Below, in pieces: positions 15,714 to 25,200 of a stretch of 32,000 bases of DNA. Source of the DNA: Acaryochloris marina MBIC11017. GTDB taxonomy: Bacteria > Cyanobacteriota > Cyanobacteriia > Thermosynechococcales > Thermosynechococcaceae. The stretch is taken from the NCBI RefSeq assembly GCF_000018105.1, contig NC_009930.1, positions 60,001-92,000 on the forward strand. Direction: 5' to 3'. A model generated the notes under the pieces. The model was not told the DNA's origin and searched no databases. It saw nothing but the letters and a program-made list of their open reading frames with translations. How positions within the stretch are numbered: position 1 is the first letter of the stretch; the number at the start of each line of letters is the position of its first letter. The position numbers and the translations under genes are program-made.

Positions 15714-18700
15714 TTAGAGGGTAAAGTTGGCCTCATCAATGGAGGTGATGCTGTCAAAAGTGATTCGACCACCGCCCAAGGAAGCAAGATTTAACCGTAA
15801 GTTACCTCCCACTAATCGAGCATTGGCATCGTTAGAGTCAATAACACCATCACCATTGGTATCAATATCCGAGATGCCGATGGCAAAGCTACTCAAGTCG
15901 ATCTGGTCGGCATTGCCATTGAAGTCCACGACAGTATCTCGGCCAAAGTCTCCGGCAAAGATAAAGGTATCATCCCCACCATTCCCCTGAAGCAGGTCGT
16001 TGCCTGCCCCACCGTTGAGGCTATCTGCTCCACTACCACCAACGAGGGTATCACGACCATCCCCTCCTGTGAGGACATCATCATTCCCACCCCCGAGAAG
16101 GCTGTCATTACCTGAACCACCATTGAGGGTATCATTCCCACGGTTGCCTTCAATTATGTCAGCACGGTTAGACCCAGTAATGTTGTCATCACCACCGCGA
16201 CCTTGGATAGTCGCATTCGTCAGATTGATATCGGTAAAATCCCAGGTTTCTCCCACAGTTCCAGCCCCTCGAATGTTAAAGGCTAGATCCCCTTCACGGT
16301 TAATGACTTCAATCCCAGAAGTTGCATCAAAGGTGGCGGTGAGGCCATTAAAGTTCTCCACTAGGGAGGTGATTCTATCGGTGCCAGTGGTCCCTGTATC
16401 TTGGTAGATATCCCGGTCATCACCAGCATCCCAGAGGTAAGTATCTGCCCCATTGCCGCCATCTAGAATATCTGAGTTGTTACCCCCATCTAAGGTATCT
16501 CTGCCATTGCCCCCATTGAGGGTATCTAGACCATTACCTCCATTTAGGCTATCGGCACCGGACCCACCATTGAGAATGTCATCACCATTACGACCCTCTA
16601 GGGTGTCTCTACCACCATCACCATTAAGGATGTCATTATCTCCTCTTCCAATGAGGGTGTCATTTCCACCCCGACCGTTGATGGTATCCGCTAGACCAGT
16701 CCCTAGGAGGAAATCGGCTTGGGAGGTGCCCTCTAATAGTTCATTGAGGCCATTGATGGTAATGGTGACGGTGCCCGCGCCTGTACCATCAAGGGAAGTA
16801 ACGCTGAAGGTTTCAGTGAGGCTCTCTCCCAAGCCTAATTCCTGAATCGCTGCTTGGGTATTGTCTGCCGTGTAGTTCCAGAACCCGTCAGCATCTACGG
16901 TGAAGGTGCCGTAGGTACCTATCAAGGTTTCTGCGGTTGCAAAGGCTTCACCTGGATCTGAATCTGTGACAATTACTTGGCCGGAGGTAGTTAGGGTATT
17001 GGGGTCATCATCTTCGGTGACGGAGCCAGAGTCATCTGTGACGGTGGCGATGTCATTGGTGCTCCCCACAGTAATATTGACTGTTGCAGTATCAGTGCCC
17101 CCATTGCCATCACTGATGGTGTAGGTAAACGCATCTGATCCTGTGTAGTTGGCATCAGGGGTATAGGTATAGGTGCCATCGTTGTTATCCACCAGGGTGC
17201 CATTACTCGGAGTGGTAACGCTATCAATGGAGAGTGTATCTCCATCAATATCGGTGTCATTGCCTAGGAGTAGAGCAGCATCAATAACAACGGCAACATC
17301 TTCATCGGTGGTGACCGTGTCATCGGCAGCAATGGGAGCATCGTTGACGGGATTCACGGTAATGTTGACGGTGGCCACGCTGGTGCCACCATTGCCATCA
17401 CTGATGGTGTAGCCAAAGCTGTCTGTGCCAAAGAAGTCAGGATTTGGGGTGTAGGTGAAGTCTCCATTGGCGGAGATAGAGACGGTGCCATTGCTTGGAT
17501 CCGTGTTGTCAATAACGGAGAGAGTATCCCCATCAAGGTCTGTATCCAGTCCTCCGCTGCTGCCGTCTAAGACATTGCCCGTGATGGCAACATCTTCATC
17601 GGTGGTCACGGCATCATCTACTGCAACGGGTGGATCATTGGTGCTTCTCACAGTAATATTGACTGTTGCGGTATCAGTGCCCCCATTGCCATCACTGATG
17701 GTGTAGGTAAACGCATCTGGTCCTGTGTAGTTGGCATCAGGGGTGTAGGTGTAGGTGCCATCGTTGTTATCCACCAGGGTGCCATTACTCGGATCCGTAA
17801 CGCTACCAATGGAGAGTGTATCTCCATCAATATCGGTGTCATTGCCCAGGAGTAGGGCGGCATCAATAACAACGGCAACATCTTCATCAGTGGTGACTGT
17901 GTCATCGGCAGCAATGGGTGCATCATTGACAGGGTTGACTGTGATGTTGACGGTGCCTGTATCAGTGGCAGTGCCATCCGTGACGACGTAGTCAAAGGAG
18001 ACTGAACCGTTGTAATTAGCATCTGGGGTGAAGGTGATATCCCCAGTGGCTGAAACATTGACGGTACCGTTGGTGACGGCTATCGATTGAGCAGTTCCTG
18101 GGGTTAGTGCAATCCCTACAATCGATTCAATACTCAGGGTATCGCCATCGAGGTCTGTGTCGTTGCCTAGTAAGTCAAGGACGGCTGTGGTTGTATCTTC
18201 GGCGATGGTGAAGGCATCATCTACTGCGACGGGCGGATCATTACTATTCTCAAATCTGAATTGGGTACCATCTGATGAAGTTAAGTTAATTCCTAAATCA
18301 TCAGAAGTAAAATCGATAGTGTTGACTAAAGTAATTAATAAAGTTCCCTCACCAAAGCTAGCACCATCCTGGGCATGAAATTGAGTACGATCATTGAATG
18401 AAACAACATCAACACCTTGAAAACCATTGAAGCTCAGAATATCTCCACCCACACCTCTAACAAATTGATTAATGGTATCTGTGCCATCCCCAAGGTTGTA
18501 AGTAACTGTATCGGTATCGGTATCAGCGCCTAGATTAATTAAGTCATCCCCAGCCCCCCCATCAATAACATCATTACCACCAAACCCATCTAAGGTGTCA
18601 TCTCCATCTCCACCATTGAGTGTGTCAGCATTGGCGTCGCCTTTTAAGGAATCAGCTTGGTTGGTACCTGTGATATCAAAATTCTCAAAGTTAGCATTGA

Positions 18701-21293
18701 CGGAAGTTGTGTTGCCTCCAGTAATAAAGGAGGAGCTCATAGTGATGCCTGAGGAGATTAAATCCGAAAAGTCTGCAACTAAGAGATCTGTACCCTCTCC
18801 TCCATCTGCAGTGTTTGATCCTAAACCGGCATTGACGGTGTCATTCCCTTCTCCAGCTCTAATGACATCATCACCAGCACCTGTGTTGATGACATCATCA
18901 CCAGCACCTGTGTCGATGCTATAGTCTCGGAAGTTGACATAGTTAATCGTATCGTCGCCACTACCAGTTAACAGGTTTTCAATCGTTTCGATATTGGCAA
19001 TGGATAAGCCACCTGTATTGATGGTTTTGCTACTCGTATCATCAATATTGAGCGCGTCAGTAGTACTCGAGAAATCTGCCTCGATGAGTAAGTCATCCCC
19101 AGCCCCCCCATCAATAACATCATTACCACCAAACCCATCTAAGGTGTCATCTCCATCTCCACCATTGAGTGTGTCAGCACTGGCGTCGCCATTTATGGAA
19201 TCAGCTTGGTTGGTACCTGTGATATCAAAATTCTCAAAGTTAGCATGGACGAAAGTTGTGTTGCCTCCAGTAATAAAGGAGGAGCTCATAGTGATGCCTA
19301 CGTTTAATTCCGAAAAGTCTGCAATTAAGAGATCTGTACCCTCTCCTCCATCTGCAGTGCCTGAACCTAAACCGGCATTGACGGTGTCATTCCCTTCTCC
19401 AGCTCTAATGACATCATCACCAGCACCTGTGTTGATGACATCATCACCAGCACCTGTGTCGATGCTATAGTCTCGGAAGTTGACATAGTTAATCGTATCG
19501 TCGCCACTACCAGTTAACAGGTTTTCAATCGTTTCGATATTGGCAATGGATAAGCCACCTGTATTGATGGTTTTGCTACTCGTATCATCAATATTGAGCG
19601 CGTCAGTAGTACTCGAGAAATCTGCCTCGATGAGTAAGTCATCCCCAGCCCCCCCATCAATAACATCATTACCACCAAACCCATCTAAGGTGTCATCTCC
19701 ATCTCCACCATTGAGTGTGTCAGCACTGGCGTCGCCATTTATGGAATCAGCTTGGTTGGTACCTGTGATATCAAAATTCTCAAAGTTAACATGGACGAAA
19801 TTGAAATTTGAGCTGCCTGCAGTAATAAATGAGGAGCTCATAGTGATGCCTACGTTTAATTCCGAAAAGTCTACAACTAAGAGATCTGTACCCTCTCCTC
19901 CATCTGCAATGCCTGAAGCTAAACCGGCATTGACGGTGTCATTCCCTTCTCCAGCATCAATGGTGTCATTCCCACCACTAGAGGTGATGATGTCATCTCC
20001 GGCACCTGAGCTGATGATGTCATCTCCTGCACCAGACTCGATATTATTGTTACCATCACCACCATCAATAGTGTTATTACCATCACCAGCATCAATAGTG
20101 TCATCTCCGGCACCAGACTCGATAGTATCGTTACCATCACCAGCATCAATAGTGTCATCTCCGGCACCAGACTCGATAGTATCGTTACCATCACCACCAT
20201 CAATAGTGTTATTACCATCACTACCTACGATAGTGTCATCGCCACCACCGCCGATTAGCGTATCAGCATTAGTTCCCCCTATCAAAGAATCATTTAGATT
20301 AGTTCCAGTAATATCAAAATTTTCAAATTCAGAGCTGCTATAAAATTCAGTATTTATAAATTCCTGGAATGAACCTGGTGGGTCATCTTGAATTAGTGCA
20401 CTCGAACCACTGGTAGTGACGTTAACACCAAATTCAACCAAAACTTCGGTTGGAACCCCTAGCAAATTTGTTAAAAAAATTGCCCTTACCCCTTGTGAGT
20501 AATCAGCAATCAGCAGGTCAGTACCTTCATCGCCATTAACAGAATCAGTTGGAATAGGGTTATTAATGGAATCACCAAACCCAAAACCACTGCCACCCCC
20601 AACTATAGTGTCATTTCCACTACCCCCATCAATGCTGTCAATACCTGTACCCCCATCAATGCTGTCGTTTCCAGCACCACCATTAATCGTGTCATCTCCG
20701 CCACCACCCAAAATAGTGTCATCGCCGTTACTACCATTAAGGACTTCATCTCCAGGCCCACCAATAATTTCAGCCTGTTCAATTTGAATTAATTGACCAT
20801 CTAAATTGATGATTGCGGTATCATCCTCGGCTTTCAATTGCTGTAATGCAGATGGACTCAGCTCCTGTCCCAACACCAAAGCAGAAAAAATTGCCCCTTC
20901 ATCCCCAGGACTGTCCACAGAATTCAGTTGAGAATCAATAAAATGACCAATCTCTTCTAGCAAGACTTGAACAATGGTTTCAGGGTTCGCGGCATTGAAA
21001 GATATAAGTTCCTGAGATAAATAAATCGTGTTGGTATCGGTCGAAAAAGCTCCATTCGCACCGTTAATCTCAGCAGCTACCCGAATTTCAATATTAGGTA
21101 GTTCACTGTAGTCACCATCAGCCCATGCTTGCTGCAAGTCTGCCGCCGCATCATTGCTGAAAGTACTACCAAACGCCAACTGAAGCTTGTCTAGGAAGTT
21201 ATCGTCAAGGGCAAATGATTGAAGACGTTTGAATGTTTCTGACATCACTACTGCAGAAAGCTCAGTCCCCATTGCTTGATAATTACTTTTCAT
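15714..21293 (-). CDS. Giant secreted calcium-binding repeat protein (RTX nonapeptide + cadherin-like + VCBS domains), probable T1SS substrate/adhesin
   Basis: 1859 aa, ATG start. Many GGxGxDxUx nonapeptides (e.g. GGSGNDSLLGGGNDDVLTGGDGRDTLVGGSGADSLNGGAGNDLLQGNGGDDTFIF). Five ~97-aa cadherin-like units (VNDAPIAADDTVTTDEDV...LLGNDTDIDGDTLSI...YTYTPDANYTG.DAFTYTISDGNGGTDTATVNITV). One VCBS-like unit (TYGTFTVDADGFWNYTADN...LGLGESLTETFSVTSLDGT). Acidic and Cys-free throughout. The uncleaved C-terminal tail is typical of T1SS cargo. Confidence 0.9.
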   Translation of the reverse strand: MKSNYQAMGTELSAVVMSETFKRLQSFALDDNFLDKLQLAFGSTFSNDAAADLQQAWADGDYSELPNIEIRVAAEINGANGAFSTDTNTIYLSQELISFNAANPETIVQVLLEEIGHFIDSQLNSVDSPGDEGAIFSALVLGQELSPSALQQLKAEDDTAIINLDGQLIQIEQAEIIGGPGDEVLNGSNGDDTILGGGGDDTINGGAGNDSIDGGTGIDSIDGGSGNDTIVGGGSGFGFGDSINNPIPTDSVNGDEGTDLLIADYSQGVRAIFLTNLLGVPTEVLVEFGVNVTTSGSSALIQDDPPGSFQEFINTEFYSSSEFENFDITGTNLNDSLIGGTNADTLIGGGGDDTIVGSDGNNTIDGGDGNDTIESGAGDDTIDAGDGNDTIESGAGDDTIDAGDGNNTIDGGDGNNNIESGAGDDIISSGAGDDIITSSGGNDTIDAGEGNDTVNAGLASGIADGGEGTDLLVVDFSELNVGITMSSSFITAGSSNFNFVHVNFENFDITGTNQADSINGDASADTLNGGDGDDTLDGFGGNDVIDGGAGDDLLIEADFSSTTDALNIDDTSSKTINTGGLSIANIETIENLLTGSGDDTINYVNFRDYSIDTGAGDDVINTGAGDDVIRAGEGNDTVNAGLGSGTADGGEGTDLLIADFSELNVGITMSSSFITGGNTTFVHANFENFDITGTNQADSINGDASADTLNGGDGDDTLDGFGGNDVIDGGAGDDLLIEADFSSTTDALNIDDTSSKTINTGGLSIANIETIENLLTGSGDDTINYVNFRDYSIDTGAGDDVINTGAGDDVIRAGEGNDTVNAGLGSNTADGGEGTDLLVADFSDLISSGITMSSSFITGGNTTSVNANFENFDITGTNQADSLKGDANADTLNGGDGDDTLDGFGGNDVIDGGAGDDLINLGADTDTDTVTYNLGDGTDTINQFVRGVGGDILSFNGFQGVDVVSFNDRTQFHAQDGASFGEGTLLITLVNTIDFTSDDLGINLTSSDGTQFRFENSNDPPVAVDDAFTIAEDTTTAVLDLLGNDTDLDGDTLSIESIVGIALTPGTAQSIAVTNGTVNVSATGDITFTPDANYNGSVSFDYVVTDGTATDTGTVNITVNPVNDAPIAADDTVTTDEDVAVVIDAALLLGNDTDIDGDTLSIGSVTDPSNGTLVDNNDGTYTYTPDANYTGPDAFTYTISDGNGGTDTATVNITVRSTNDPPVAVDDAVTTDEDVAITGNVLDGSSGGLDTDLDGDTLSVIDNTDPSNGTVSISANGDFTYTPNPDFFGTDSFGYTISDGNGGTSVATVNITVNPVNDAPIAADDTVTTDEDVAVVIDAALLLGNDTDIDGDTLSIDSVTTPSNGTLVDNNDGTYTYTPDANYTGSDAFTYTISDGNGGTDTATVNITVGSTNDIATVTDDSGSVTEDDDPNTLTTSGQVIVTDSDPGEAFATAETLIGTYGTFTVDADGFWNYTADNTQAAIQELGLGESLTETFSVTSLDGTGAGTVTITINGLNELLEGTSQADFLLGTGLADTINGRGGNDTLIGRGDNDILNGDGGRDTLEGRNGDDILNGGSGADSLNGGNGLDTLNGGNGRDTLDGGNNSDILDGGNGADTYLWDAGDDRDIYQDTGTTGTDRITSLVENFNGLTATFDATSGIEVINREGDLAFNIRGAGTVGETWDFTDINLTNATIQGRGGDDNITGSNRADIIEGNRGNDTLNGGSGNDSLLGGGNDDVLTGGDGRDTLVGGSGADSLNGGAGNDLLQGNGGDDTFIFAGDFGRDTVVDFNGNADQIDLSSFAIGISDIDTNGDGVIDSNDANARLVGGNLRLNLASLGGGRITFDSITSIDEANFTL
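17054..17955. repeat. 582-bp-spaced duplication of a cadherin-like unit (two ~320-bp copies, roughly 90+ percent identical)
   Basis: 17054-17373 and 17636-17955 align colinearly (cattggtgct...cagtaatattgactgttgc...gttgacggtg) with scattered substitutions. A more diverged unit lies between them. Confidence 0.8.
18541..19955. repeat. About 2.6 tandem copies of a 546-549-bp (182-183-aa) unit inside the giant gene
   Basis: Copies start at 18541, 19090 and 19636, each at aagtcatccccagcccccccatcaataac. Stretches over 150-200 bp are identical between copies by eye (e.g. 18880-19089 vs 19426-19635). Differences are in-frame 3- or 6-nt indels. Confidence 0.9.
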
Positions 21294-21767
21294 GAATTAT
21301 TTCCTAAATTAATTTAGTGCTAATGAGAAATTAAAGATCTTACTTTCGGGTTAGAACTCCGGATTCTGACAACGAGTTAGCTTTGAGGCAGCAAAAACTC
21401 TAACTACAGCAATTCCCATGAATATTTATTCCGCTTCCTTTAAACTTCCATTAACCGGGTAAATTGCCGATATACATTGATTATGAACTGGAGGACTCGG
21501 GTCTCAACGGACATAGTATTTATTCCAGAAAATACATATTAGAAATAAAGACAGCCCAAGATTACTCCCGTAAAACCAGCAAGATAATTTAGTACTGTTA
21601 ATAGCAACAGCACTAAAAAAATTACGAGGACAAAAATAATTTCAAAAACCTCCGGGTTACTGATATTTCAGCACCTTCAGCCCTTAAATAAGCCTCGATT
21701 ACCAATCCAATAAAGAGAGAGAACGACGCTCCTAAAGTCTGCTCTTTGTCTCTGGCTTGGGCGATGG

Positions 21768-21815
21768 AGATAACCTATCCTTAATGCCTTAACAAGCATT
21801 AAGGATAGGTTATCT
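21768..21815. other. Perfect 20-bp inverted repeat with 8-nt spacer
   Basis: agataacctatccttaatgc (21768-21787), cttaacaa, gcattaaggataggttatct (21796-21815). I checked complementarity base by base. It lies in the divergent gap between the giant gene and the STAND gene. Confidence 0.85.
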
Positions 21816-22254
21816 ATGGGGTTAAGAATTCAGAAAAACTCTGATAAAATTCGCATAAATAGCATGACAATGTTCGATTTACTAACAGCAGATAAAAAAG
21901 AAACACACATTTAGTACTCTATTTTGCAAATGGGATGTAATAATCACCAAATCATTCCAAAGTATCAAGAACCCATCATTATTGAGTATATCGCTCAGAA
22001 AACTCTGAAAATCATATCGAATTCTAATTGAACAGTTAAACGAAAGAGATAATTAATTTTATTTCATTGCTAATTATTTAATTACGGATTGTAGGCTATC
22101 TTACATTGACCTAGGAAATAATCGAGTAACTAAAGGTATCCAAAAGTAACCTCTTGAGAACCAGGAGATGTTAATTAATGTTTCTTCGTTCTTCAAAAGT
22201 CACTAGAATACTTGTGAAGAGATTAACAATATATGGATAGACTTTGCCTAAATT

Positions 22255-25200
22255 ATGCCCTTTACCCCTGAAGAAGCTGTTATTTCCTTAAATAGAATCC
22301 TGTCAGCGAAAAATATAGATTTTAGGCTGAGTGACGTCCAATCTCTTATTTTCTCGGGGTGCTGGGAAAATAAATCCTATGCCCAAATAGCGATGGATTC
22401 AGGGTATGAGGCGAATTACATCAAGAAAGTTGGATCTAATCTTTGGCAACAACTCTCCACCGTCTTTGCAACGAAAGTCACGAAGAACAATATCCGGGTG
22501 ATCCTAACAACGCACCTACAAGATACTCATAACCTTTCCCTTCCCGCTGTCACCCCTGATCATCACGCCCCCCATCTAGACTGGGGAGATGCCAATCCCC
22601 TCTCCACATTCTGGGGCCGTCAGCAAGAATTGATGACCCTTGAGCAATGGGTAACGCAGGATCGATGTAATCTCATTACCATTCAAGGCATTGGCGGTAT
22701 TGGCAAATCAGCCCTTGCGGTGAAGTTGGCCCACCAGTTACAAGATCAGTTTAATGTCGTGATCTGGCGCAGCCTTAAAAACTTACCCCCCTTAACGGAG
22801 TTGATGGCTGATCTGCTTCTTGGGGTCTCTCACCAACAATTGACTGAGATCCCAAATACGCCATCAGAGCTGATTTCGCTGTTTGTGAACTATTTGCAGC
22901 AACAGCCCTGCCTGATTGTTTTGGATAATGCAGAAAGCCTGCTCCAGACGGGGGAACAGTTTGGCACCTATCAACCCGGTTATGAAGACTATGGCAAGTT
23001 CTTACGGCAGATAGGTGAAGCAGTCCATCAGAGCTGTCTGCTATTGACCACTCGGGAACTCCCAGAAGAAATCGCCATCCTGGCCGGAGAGTTGCTCCCG
23101 ATTCGGGTTCTGAAATTGGCGGGGCTGGGGACGGCCTCTGCCCACCAGTTATTAGAAGCTAAGGGATTGATGGGAACACCTGAAGGGACAACCGCTTTGA
23201 TCAATTTTTATCGAGGTAATCCCTTAGCGCTGAAAATCGTAGCAACGTCGATTCAAGATATTTTTGCGGGGAATATTGCAGAGTTCTTAGACCAGGGCAA
23301 CATTGCTTTTAAGGGGATTCAGCGACTACTCCACCAGCAATTCCAGCGCTTATCTGACCTGGAAGTAAAAGTGATGAACTGGTTGGCCATCCATCGAGAA
23401 CCGATGACGCCCAAGCAGCTATTAGATGATTTGACTGAAAGCTTTTCCCCAGGGCTCCTCTATCAAACTCTGGAAGCGTTGAGTCGGCGATCGCTGATTG
23501 AGCAGGGTATCCCGATTCAGCATGAAACGGAGGCACCCTCCCTTGGGTTCACGCTTCAACCGATGGTGATGGAGTATATCATTGACCAGCTGGTTGCTGA
23601 ATTTAGTCAAGATATCGTTAACCATCAATTCAGCTCCCTCAACCAATATGCCTTGGTCCAAGTTATAGCCCATGAATATGTTCGTGAAACTCAAATTCGT
23701 TTGATGGTTGAACCTATTCTGCAACGCTTGGAGAAAACCTTTAAAGATTCAACCCGATTGGTGCAGCACCTCAAGCAATTCTTGGCCCAGATGCAGACCT
23801 CTTCTCTCACAATCCACTATGCTGCGGGGAATGTTCTGAATCTCCTGCGCCGTTGTGAGGCGGATATATCTGATCTGAATCTATCTCAGTTAACCATTCA
23901 GCAAGCTGATTTGCGGTCCTTGAAATTGCACCGGGTCAATTTTGCTCAGGCTGATCTAAAAACGACGCTGTTCTCTGAAACTCTGGGCAGTATTTTTGAT
24001 CTAGCTTTTAGCCCTGAGGGTGATGTTTTAGCCATTGCGACGAATGAAGAGGTAAAGCTATACCATTACCCTCAGCTTCGTGAGTTTGCATCTCTGGTTG
24101 GCCATCGGATATTGGTCTGGTCCTTGGCTTTTAGTGAAGATGGCTTGCTCCTGGCTAGCAGCGGGATCGATCATACGATCAAAATCTGGAATGTCAGCAC
24201 AGGGCTCTGCCTCCATACGTTAGAAGGCCATCAGGCTGGCGTATTTTCTGTTGCTTTTGAACCACAGGGGAGCAAAGGATCTGAAGATTATATCCTTGCC
24301 AGTGCAAGTCACGATGGCAGTGTGAAATTGTGGAATGTCAGCCAACAAATATGTCTCCAAACCCTCCAAGTGGAGAACAAGCTACCCCGCAAGGTTTCTT
24401 TTGACAGCATTGGCGAGAAATTTGTAGTGGGTTATGTGGATGGGAGTATTCGTGTTTCGAACTCAGCCTTGAGTGAAGAATGTTGGCTCCCCTCCGATAT
24501 TGGAAGCCCAGAGTCTCCTCTCAGTTTCAACCCTTCAAATCAGACGCTTGCGATGGGGTATGGGAACGGGCTCATTAAGCTCTGGAATGTGTCGCTCCAG
24601 CAATGCGAGAACGTCCTCGAAGGCCATACCAGCCCCATTTTGTCATTGGAATATTGTGCGAATGGTCAAATTTTAGCCAGTGGTTCGGCAGATAATACGG
24701 TCCGACTATGGGACGCCCAAACTGGGCAGTGTCTTAAATGCTTACTGGGTCACTTTTCTAGAGTATCCGCTATTGCCTGGCACCCTAGTACTAGGTCTCT
24801 GGTAAGCGGTAGTGAAGACAGCACGGTTAAGGTTTGGAACAAGCAGTCAGGACAATTAATGAAGCATATCTATGGTCATAACGATTGTGTCTGGACCATC
24901 GCCTTCAGTCCAAACCAACCGATCATCGCGGTTGGAAGTAACGACCGAGGGTTGAGAATTTGGGATACCCAAACAGGGCAATGTTTGCACGATCTAGCGG
25001 GCCATACAGGGCGAGTTAAAACCGTGGCGTATAGTGCTGATGGCCAGTTGTTAGTTAGTGTCACGTATGGCTACGAGATCAAGGTATGGGATCCAGAAGA
25101 AGGGAGGTGTTTACAGACGCTTCAGACCTCGGGGAAATGGTGTTGGGACACGGCTTTGAGCCATGATGGGAGGACCCTTGCTATGTCTGGGGGAGATAAT

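Noticed and set aside
18541-19955. Regularly spaced identical repeats that could superficially suggest a CRISPR-like array
   Set aside because: The period is 546 bp, the copies are contiguous without unique spacers, and they stay in frame within a coding sequence.
15727-20787. Series of plus-strand ORFs (60-267 aa) rich in P/S/L/V inside the giant gene, plus minus-strand out-of-frame M/T/P-rich ORFs
   Set aside because: These are antisense or off-frame artefacts of the GGxGxD/cadherin repeat DNA. They have low-complexity composition and are fully nested in a 1859-aa ORF with clear domain signatures.
20760-21293. Possible zinc-metalloprotease call for the giant protein N-terminal domain
   Set aside because: The motif reads LLEEIGH, not HExxH, because the first histidine is missing. 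I therefore do not call a protease.
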